31,062 bases of DNA, taken from positions 1 through 31,062 of the forward strand of contig JASFLY010000031.1 of NCBI GenBank assembly GCA_050117845.1. Direction: 5' to 3'. The position numbers and the translations under genes are program-made. Numbering within the stretch: position 1 is the stretch's first letter; every line of letters starts with the position of its first letter. Source of the stretch: Candidatus Zixiibacteriota bacterium (GTDB lineage: Bacteria; RBG-13-66-14; B26-G2; WVWN01). Below are positions 24,490-31,062 of this stretch, piece by piece. The notes under the pieces are model-generated. The model was not told the DNA's origin. It was given only the letters and a program-made list of their open reading frames with translations, and searched no databases.

Positions 24490-25500
24490 TTGCCCACATA
24501 CCGCGAAGCCGGCGTCGACCAGGAAGGCGCGGACGAATTCGTAGGCCGCATCCGCAAACTCGCCCACGTCCTCGATAAAGGGGGAGTCATCGGGGACCTG
24601 GGGTTGTTCTCGGGCCTCATGGACATAAGCGGCCTGGGCTACGAGGAGCCGGTTCTGGCCGCCGGGACCGACGGCGTCGGCTCCAAACTCGAAGTCGCTT
24701 TCGCGCTCGACAACCATCACACCATCGGCATCGACCTCGTCGCGATGTGCGTCAACGACGTCATCTGCAGCGGCGCAAAGCCGCTCTTCTTTTTGGATTA
24801 CATGGCCGTGGGGCACCTCGACGTCGACCGGGGCGAGGCCATAATCGCCGGCATCGTCGAGGGGTGCCGCCAGTCGCGGTGCGCCCTTCTCGGCGGCGAA
24901 ACGGCCCAGCTACCGACTTTCTACCGGGCGGGCCGCTACGACCTCGCCGGTTTCGCCGTGGGTATCGTCGAACGCTCCGCCATTATAGACGGGTCCCGGG
25001 TTGAACCGGGCGACGCGATAATCGGCCTCCTGTCCTCCGGCGTTCACTCCAACGGCTTCACGCTCATCCGCAAGATATTGACCGACCAGGGCCTGGCCTA
25101 CTCGGACATTTTCGACGAACGCCATACGCTCGGCGAGGAGCTTTTAACGCCGACGAGGATATACGTCCCCGAGATGGCGGCCTTGCAGGAGGCCGGCGTA
25201 GACGTTCGGGGCGTGGCCCACATTACGGGCGGCGGCATTCCGGGCAATCTGGGCCGCGTCCTGCCCGAAGGCGTCGGCGCCCGGCTGGAAAAGAGCCGCT
25301 GGGCCGTCCCCGCGATTTTCGACAAACTCGCGGAGTGGGGCGGCGTTACCGAAGGCGAGATGTACGACGTATATAACATGGGCCTCGGGATGATGGTGGT
25401 AGTCCCCGGGGCCGACCGCGAAGCCGCACTCGACGTTCTGGGGCGGGACGGGGTAGCGGTTGGCGAGTGCGTCGCCGGGGTCGGGGTCGCGCTGGCGTGA
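24490..25500 (+). CDS. purM: phosphoribosylformylglycinamidine cyclo-ligase (AIR synthetase)
   Basis: YREAGVD, TDGVGSK, GIDLVAMCVND, FFLDY, GGETAQ, SSGVHSNGF, HITGGG, NMGLG; TTG start with GGAGG RBS. Confidence 0.97.
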   Translation: MPTYREAGVDQEGADEFVGRIRKLAHVLDKGGVIGDLGLFSGLMDISGLGYEEPVLAAGTDGVGSKLEVAFALDNHHTIGIDLVAMCVNDVICSGAKPLFFLDYMAVGHLDVDRGEAIIAGIVEGCRQSRCALLGGETAQLPTFYRAGRYDLAGFAVGIVERSAIIDGSRVEPGDAIIGLLSSGVHSNGFTLIRKILTDQGLAYSDIFDERHTLGEELLTPTRIYVPEMAALQEAGVDVRGVAHITGGGIPGNLGRVLPEGVGARLEKSRWAVPAIFDKLAEWGGVTEGEMYDVYNMGLGMMVVVPGADREAALDVLGRDGVAVGECVAGVGVALA

Positions 25501-26813
25501 CCGGTGCGTACGCGGGGAACGAGCGGCCGGCTGCGGGGCGGCGGAGCGCCGCGTGGGTCGCGACGGCGGTACTGGCGGGCACGTTCGCCGCGCTGTATCT
25601 CTTCCTCGGCACCACGCTGGGGCGGACCGGCGTCTTCGGCTATCAGGACGCGCTCTTCGGCGCCGACGTCGACCGCGTAATATATGACATGACGGCCGCC
25701 GGGGCCGACCATTCGTATACGACCGTACATCCGTTATTCGTATTATTCCTGAATCCGGCGGGGGCGCTTTTAACGAAAGTGCTGGGGTCTCGCGTCGTGG
25801 CCGCGGTTACGTTGAACGCCGCGGCCGGGGGACTGTGCGTTGCGCTCGCGCACCGGTTCTTTCGCCGCGTGGGCGCCGGCCTCGTCCGGGGCATACTTTA
25901 CGCGTTCATTCTGGGCTCGTCGTCGGCTCACCTCTTTTACGGCGCCGTGCCCGAGACGTGGATATTCACGGCCTGCGGGATTACGTTGCTCTTCCTGCTC
26001 CTCGCGAGCCGTCCCGGCAAACTCCGTTATTTCGTGCCGGCCGGTATATTCGCGTTGGGGACGTTAACGACGAACGTATTCCACGTGGTGGCGACGTACG
26101 CCGCGGGGCTTTTTGGAAAAGAACGGGGCCGGGCGTTATGGGGAAAGTTGGCGGCCTACTTCGGCGCGGTTCTCTCCGGCACGGTTGCGCTCAGCCTGGT
26201 GCAGCGGTGGATATTTCCCCGGGCCAAATTGTTCTTCCTGCCGCTGTCCTGGACCGATTCGCTAACGTGGTACTCGTGGCGGTTGGGGAAACCGGCGGAA
26301 TTGCCCGTCCGGCTGGTCAAACTGCTGGCTTACCATTTCGTTTATAATTTCGCGTCGCCGGGGGTGGAGGTTTCGGCCGTACCGGCGGGCAAGGCCCTCG
26401 TGCCTCGGATACCGTACGTCGGCGTCGATCCTCTGTCTTACGACGCCCTGGGCTTCGTCGCCGCCGCCCTCGGAGTCTTACTGGCCGGCGCGGCCGCGGC
26501 CTCGTTCTTCAAGAATAAAGTCTACCGGGACAACCTGGCCCGGGCGCTCATTATCGTGGGGGTATTCGGTTTTTTGATGTTCGGTTATTACGGCAGCGGC
26601 GAGTTGTTCGTCTATACGCCGATGTGGACCTTCGTCGTACTCGCCGGCGGGGCGCTGTCGGCCGAGCCGTTTTTCCGTCGAGGGGGTTGGAAAGGCCGCG
26701 TCGCCACGACCGCGCTGGTCGTCTTCGCCGGCCTGCAACTGGTGAACAACCTCCGCTTCTTCTACGGCGTGGTCGACGTATTCCAACGGGGCCTGCCGCC
26801 TATGAACTGGTAA
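25497..26813 (+). CDS. polytopic membrane protein, possible GT-C-fold glycosyltransferase
   Basis: about 11 TM segments; acidic loop DALFGADVDR..HPLF after TM1 and a PET motif; GTG 25497 overlaps purM TGA (GTGA coupling). Confidence 0.7.
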   Translation: MTGAYAGNERPAAGRRSAAWVATAVLAGTFAALYLFLGTTLGRTGVFGYQDALFGADVDRVIYDMTAAGADHSYTTVHPLFVLFLNPAGALLTKVLGSRVVAAVTLNAAAGGLCVALAHRFFRRVGAGLVRGILYAFILGSSSAHLFYGAVPETWIFTACGITLLFLLLASRPGKLRYFVPAGIFALGTLTTNVFHVVATYAAGLFGKERGRALWGKLAAYFGAVLSGTVALSLVQRWIFPRAKLFFLPLSWTDSLTWYSWRLGKPAELPVRLVKLLAYHFVYNFASPGVEVSAVPAGKALVPRIPYVGVDPLSYDALGFVAAALGVLLAGAAAASFFKNKVYRDNLARALIIVGVFGFLMFGYYGSGELFVYTPMWTFVVLAGGALSAEPFFRRGGWKGRVATTALVVFAGLQLVNNLRFFYGVVDVFQRGLPPMNW

Positions 26814-26826
26814 ACGGTAAAACATT

Positions 26827-27345
26827 ATGGATCTTCCGAAGGATATCGCGGTACTCCTGGAACGACTCGGCATCTCCGAAACGCCGCCGGTCGAATTGCG
26901 CAAGCGCAAGAGCTGGGACGAGTACTTCCTGGCCATCGCCGCGCTCGTCGCCGAACGCTCGACCTGCCTGTCGCGGAATGTCGGCGCGGTGCTGGTGCGA
27001 GACCGCCGCATCCTCGCGACGGGGTACAACGGCGCGCCGGCCGGCCTGCCGCACTGCCCGTTTTGCATACGCAAGTTGAGCGGCGTGCCCTCCGGCGAGC
27101 GGCACGAGTTGTGCCGGGGGCTGCACGCGGAACAGAATTGCCTTATTCAATGCGCCCGAAACGGCGTCTCCAGCAACGACTCCGTGCTTTACGTTTACGG
27201 CGGCACGCCCTGCATCATCTGCGCCAAGATGCTGGTGAACGCCGGCGTGCGCCGCGTCATCGCGACCGAGGAATACCCGGACGCGTTCGGCCTGGCCGTA
27301 CTCGAGGAAGCGGGCATCGAGACCAAGATAACGGGAGGTAAGTAA
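26827..27345 (+). CDS. dCMP deaminase family protein (ComEB-like)
   Basis: WDEYF, RSTC, VGAVLV, ATGYNG, HAEQN and PCIIC zinc-deaminase motifs. Confidence 0.92.
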   Translation: MDLPKDIAVLLERLGISETPPVELRKRKSWDEYFLAIAALVAERSTCLSRNVGAVLVRDRRILATGYNGAPAGLPHCPFCIRKLSGVPSGERHELCRGLHAEQNCLIQCARNGVSSNDSVLYVYGGTPCIICAKMLVNAGVRRVIATEEYPDAFGLAVLEEAGIETKITGGK

Positions 27346-28872
27346 ATGGCCGAACGTTCGGCCCTCATAGCCGTATACGACAAGGCCGGCGCCGTGAAGC
27401 TGGCGAAGGGCCTCGTCGAATTGGGATTCGACATCATCAGTACCGGCGGCACGGCCAAGGTCCTGCGCCGGAACCGCGTGCCCGTCGTCGAGGTGGCCGA
27501 CGTGACCGGTTTCCCGGAGATATTGAACGGCCGCGTGAAGACGCTGCACCCCGGTATATTCGGCGGCATCCTGGCCCGCCGCATCGGCGCGCATACGCGC
27601 CAGTTGAAAAAGCATAAAATCAAGCCCATAGACGTCGTGGCCGTCAACCTGTACCCGTTCGAACAGGCCGCCCGCAAGCGGGGCCTGTCGCCCGCCGACG
27701 TCATCGAGGAGATAGATATAGGCGGCGTGGCGCTGGTGCGGGCCGCCGCCAAGAACTTCGAACGCGTGGCCGTGCTGTCGTCACCCGGCCAGTACGCCGA
27801 CGCGCTGGAAAAGATGGCCGGCGACGGCAACGACCTGCCGTGGCGCCGGGAGCTCGCCCGCGCCGCGTTCGCCCTGACCGCGCGCTACGATACGGCCATC
27901 GCCAATTACTTCGGCGCGAAGCCCGGCCGTCGGAAGTTCGGCGACCGCCTCCTGCTTGAGTACGAGAAAGTCCTGGAGCCCGCCTACGGCGAGAACCCGC
28001 ACCAGAAGGCCGCCATATACGGCGGCGAGGGGAGCGGCCTGGAGCAACTGGCCGGCCCGCCTCCCTCCTACAACAACTTCCTCGACCTCGGCGCCGCCGT
28101 GGACCTGGCGCAGGAACTCGACGGCCCCGGCTGCGTGGTGGTGAAGCACAACAGCCCCTGCGGCGTGGCGGTAGCGAGTAACCTGGCCGACGCCTTCGCC
28201 CAGGCCTGGGGGGCCGACGCCCTCTCGGCCTTCGGCGGCATCGTCGCGTTTAACCAAGCCGTGGATCGAGCCGCCGCGGCCGCGATGATGGCCAAGGGGA
28301 CCTATTTCCACGTATGCGCGGCGCCGTCCTACAAGAGCGGCGTCGTCGAATACCTCCGCACGGCCAAGAAGTGGACCGACAACCTCCGCATTTTCGCGGG
28401 GAAGTACGCCCGGCCCGCCGTGGAATACCGGAGTTGTCTCGGGCATCTTCTGGCCCAGGAGGCGGACCGGCGGCCCGCCGGACGCGAGGAGTGGGAACAG
28501 GTGGCCGGACCACGGGTCGAGCCGGTCGTCATGGAGGATTTAAAGTTCGCGTGGGCCGTGGCGAAGTACGCCCGGTCTAACGCCGTCGTGATCGCCAAGA
28601 ACCAGGTAACGTTGTCGATAGGCGCCGGGGCGGTGAATCGCCTTTGGCCGGCGGAAGACGCCGTTCGCCGCGCCGGCAAGGACATCCGCGGTTCCGTGGC
28701 GGCGTCCGACGGCTTTTTCCCCAAACCGGACACGCCCGAGGTATTGTGCAAGGCCGGCGTGCTGGCCATAGTCCAGCCGGCCGGTTCCAAGGGCGACCCC
28801 CACGTCATCGAGTTGGCGCGGAAATACGGCGTCGCGTTATTCTTCGCGCGGCGGCGACATTTCCGGCATTAA
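27346..28872 (+). CDS. purH: bifunctional AICAR transformylase / IMP cyclohydrolase
   Basis: STGGTA, GRVKTLHP, NLYPF, IDIGG, AAAKN, YGENPHQ, KHNSPCG, SAFGG, ASDGFFP, C-terminal RHFRH. Confidence 0.96.
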   Translation: MAERSALIAVYDKAGAVKLAKGLVELGFDIISTGGTAKVLRRNRVPVVEVADVTGFPEILNGRVKTLHPGIFGGILARRIGAHTRQLKKHKIKPIDVVAVNLYPFEQAARKRGLSPADVIEEIDIGGVALVRAAAKNFERVAVLSSPGQYADALEKMAGDGNDLPWRRELARAAFALTARYDTAIANYFGAKPGRRKFGDRLLLEYEKVLEPAYGENPHQKAAIYGGEGSGLEQLAGPPPSYNNFLDLGAAVDLAQELDGPGCVVVKHNSPCGVAVASNLADAFAQAWGADALSAFGGIVAFNQAVDRAAAAAMMAKGTYFHVCAAPSYKSGVVEYLRTAKKWTDNLRIFAGKYARPAVEYRSCLGHLLAQEADRRPAGREEWEQVAGPRVEPVVMEDLKFAWAVAKYARSNAVVIAKNQVTLSIGAGAVNRLWPAEDAVRRAGKDIRGSVAASDGFFPKPDTPEVLCKAGVLAIVQPAGSKGDPHVIELARKYGVALFFARRRHFRH

Positions 28873-28920
28873 ATAAACGTACGCGGGCCGTACGGACGGC
28901 CCCATCCATCGGGACGGAGT

Positions 28921-30231
28921 ATGACGGCGAAAAAGTCGACCAAGAAGAAATCCGTACTGGTCGTGGGCGGCGGCGGCCGGGAGCACGCGCTGGCGTGGGC
29001 TTTCGAAAGGTCCCCGCGCGTCGGCCATGTCTACGTGGCTCCCGGGAACGCCGGCACCACGGCCGTGGGGCAAAACGTTCCCATCGGCGCGTCCGATATC
29101 GAGGCCCTTGCGAAGTTCGCCCGCAAGGAGGCCGTGGACCTGACGGTCATCGGCCCCGAGGCGCCCCTGGCCGAGGGGATGGTGGACCGTTTCCAGGCGG
29201 CCAAGTTACCGGTATTCGGCCCCACGAAAAAAGCGGCCCGCATCGAGTCGTCCAAGGTCTTCGCCAAGGAACTCGCGCTCAAGGCGAACATCCCCACCGC
29301 GCCGGCCGAGATCTTCGACAACGTGGAGGGCGCGCGCCGCTACATCGATATCAGCGGGGCCCCCTGCGTTATCAAGGCCGACGGCCTGGCCGCCGGTAAA
29401 GGCGTCACGGTCGCCATGACCGAGGAGGAGGCCTACGCCGCTATCGAAGAGGCGATGGTCCAGAAACGGTTCGGCCCCGCCGGCGATAAAATACTGATTG
29501 AGGACTACGTCAGCGGGGAAGAGGCGTCCATCCTCGCTATAACCGACGGCGAACGGATGGCCGTCATGCTGCCGTCCCAGGACCACAAGCGCCTCCGCGA
29601 CGGCGACGCCGGCCCCAACACCGGCGGCATGGGCGCGTACGCGCCCGCCCCCGTAATAGACGGCAAGATGCTCCGCTCCATAATCGACAGCATAATCGAG
29701 CCCGCCCTGGCGGCCCTGGCCGAAGAAGGGGCGCCCTACCAGGGTTGCTTCTACGCTGGCCTTATAATAGATTTCGAAGGGCCGAAGCTCCTGGAGGTAA
29801 ACTGCCGGTTCGGCGACCCGGAGACGCAGGCGTTGCTTCCGCTGCTCGAGAACGACCTGTTCGACGTCTGCGCGGGCGCCGCGGCCGGTAAGATGGACGT
29901 GGGCCGGTTCGACTGGCGGCCGGGGGCGGCGGTGTGCGTCGTCGCCGCGTCGAAGGGTTACCCGGGGCCTTACGAAAAGGGTAAACCCGTAAAGGGACTG
30001 GAAGAATTGGCCGCCCTGGACGGCGTTTTCGTCTTCCACGCCGGTACGGCCGAAGAGGAAGGTAAGGTAGTAACCGCCGGAGGCCGCGTCCTGGGCGTCA
30101 CGGCCCTGGGCGTCAACGTCGCCGACGCCGTGGAGCGCGCGTACGAGGCCACCGGGCAAATTAAATTCCCGGGCATACAGTACCGGCGGGACATAGGCCA
30201 CAAAGCGATAGCTCGCAGTAAGGACCAGTGA
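28921..30231 (+). CDS. purD: phosphoribosylamine--glycine ligase
   Basis: GGGGREHAL, APGNAG, IGPEAPL, KADGLAAGKGV, QDHKR, GPNTGGMG, RFGDPE, GGRVL. Confidence 0.97.
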   Translation: MTAKKSTKKKSVLVVGGGGREHALAWAFERSPRVGHVYVAPGNAGTTAVGQNVPIGASDIEALAKFARKEAVDLTVIGPEAPLAEGMVDRFQAAKLPVFGPTKKAARIESSKVFAKELALKANIPTAPAEIFDNVEGARRYIDISGAPCVIKADGLAAGKGVTVAMTEEEAYAAIEEAMVQKRFGPAGDKILIEDYVSGEEASILAITDGERMAVMLPSQDHKRLRDGDAGPNTGGMGAYAPAPVIDGKMLRSIIDSIIEPALAALAEEGAPYQGCFYAGLIIDFEGPKLLEVNCRFGDPETQALLPLLENDLFDVCAGAAAGKMDVGRFDWRPGAAVCVVAASKGYPGPYEKGKPVKGLEELAALDGVFVFHAGTAEEEGKVVTAGGRVLGVTALGVNVADAVERAYEATGQIKFPGIQYRRDIGHKAIARSKDQ

Positions 30232-30232
30232 T

Positions 30233-30727
30233 ATGGCGGAGTCACCCGTAGTGGGGATATTGATGGGGAGTAAGTCGGACCGCGAGATAATGGAACGGGC
30301 GGCTTCGACCCTCTCGGAACTGGGTATCGGCTTCGAGCGGCGTATCGCCTCGGCCCACCGGACGCCGGAAGTAGTGCGGCAGTACGCCACGGAGGCCGAA
30401 GGCCGGGGCATCCGCGTGATAATCTGCGCCGCGGGGATGGCCGCGCACCTTGCGGGCGTAGTCGCGGCCCACACCGACTTGCCGGTCGTCGGCGTGCCGA
30501 TGCCCGGAGGCGCGGGTGACGGCCTGGACGCCCTGCTGTCCACCGTACAAATGCCGGGGGGCATCCCGGTCGCGACGGTGGCGGTGGGGAAGGCCGGCGC
30601 GGTCAACGCGGCGGTGCTGGCCGCCCGCATCCTGGCGTTGTCGGACGCGGGAGTGAAAGGGAAGCTGGAGGAGTATCGGCGTAAAATGGCGGCCGCCGTG
30701 GAAGCGGCCGACGAAGAATTAGGGTAG
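30233..30727 (+). CDS. purE: N5-CAIR mutase (class I-like PurE)
   Basis: MGSKSD, SAHRTP, AGMAAHLAG, PVVGVP, VQMPGGIPVATV, NAAVLA. Confidence 0.96.
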   Translation: MAESPVVGILMGSKSDREIMERAASTLSELGIGFERRIASAHRTPEVVRQYATEAEGRGIRVIICAAGMAAHLAGVVAAHTDLPVVGVPMPGGAGDGLDALLSTVQMPGGIPVATVAVGKAGAVNAAVLAARILALSDAGVKGKLEEYRRKMAAAVEAADEELG

Positions 30728-30737
30728 GGATAAAGCT

Positions 30738-31062
30738 TTGGCGGATATAGTTAAGCTGGACGACGTCGGTTTGGCGGGGGCGGTGGGCTTGGCGGCGGCG
30801 GCGATAGGTACGGGCCGCGTCGTAATACTGCCCGCGGATACCGTGTACGGCCTCTCGGCCGCCGTGTTTCAACTCGGCGAGATAAACAATCTGGAAGTGG
30901 GGGAACCGGCGAAGCCGTGGCCCGAACCGATAGAACGCCTGTACGCCATGAAGGGCAGGTCGCCCGACAAGCCCGCCATCGTGCTCGCCCGGGACTGGCA
31001 ATACGCGCAGTATCTCTGCGACCCCCCGCTTGCCCGCATCGAGGCGTTCTGCCGGGCTTGTC
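30738..31062 (+). CDS. tsaC: L-threonylcarbamoyladenylate synthase (TsaC/Sua5/YrdC family), 3' end outside the window
   Basis: not in ORF track; TTG 30738 opens MADIVKL..GRVVILPADTVYGL..IERLYAMKGRSPDKP, matching PT(D/E)TVYGL and KGR..KP motifs; open to the window end. Confidence 0.88.
   Translation, partial: MADIVKLDDVGLAGAVGLAAAAIGTGRVVILPADTVYGLSAAVFQLGEINNLEVGEPAKPWPEPIERLYAMKGRSPDKPAIVLARDWQYAQYLCDPPLARIEAFCRAC

Noticed and set aside
28885..28902. GGGCCGT-ACGG-ACGGCCC hairpin between purH and purD as a terminator
   Set aside because: No U-tract and it lies within an operon; at most an mRNA stability element
21023..31001. Long minus-strand ORFs over the pur genes (e.g. 22192-23214, 26800-27615, 29206-30630, 30603-31001)
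   Set aside because: Antisense to conserved housekeeping genes; no independent coding signal
1..31062. CRISPR arrays, IS elements, integron cassettes or prophage
   Set aside because: No regularly spaced repeats, terminal inverted repeats, attC-like junctions or recombinase/phage genes seen on reading

Overview
GC-rich bacterial chromosomal segment, most likely from an anaerobe (inferred from gene content). Left part, minus strand: a complete hdrC-hdrB-hdrA-flxD(mvhD-like)-flxC-flxB-flxA electron-bifurcation operon. Upstream of it lie two sigma70-type promoters flanking a Rex/CRP-like palindrome, then a cobalamin-dependent radical SAM gene and an etfBA pair with no adjacent dehydrogenase. A 1119-aa zinc-ribbon/class III cyclase/STAND ATPase/TPR protein is transcribed divergently from etfBA. 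Middle: a small CxxC thioredoxin-like protein, a CTP-dependent polyprenol kinase-like protein, a hypothetical gene, gltX, a membrane protein and tRNA-Gln(CTG). These are followed by a second B12 radical SAM gene, a DUF6125-like Cys-rich protein with a structured 5' leader, and a stand-alone PAS protein. Right part: a de novo purine operon (purC, purF, purM, purH, purD, purE) interleaved with a secreted protein, a degenerate CAAX/CPBP-like protein, a GT-C-like membrane protein and a dCMP deaminase, ending in a partial tsaC/sua5. I saw no transposase, integrase, phage gene, CRISPR array or rRNA. No single clearly new system can be proven from sequence alone. The best leads are the Flx-Hdr/Etf/cyclase neighbourhood, two candidate structured leader RNAs, the sensor-only DUF6125+PAS module and the envelope genes embedded in the pur operon. 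All family calls come from motif recognition by eye, not from database searches.
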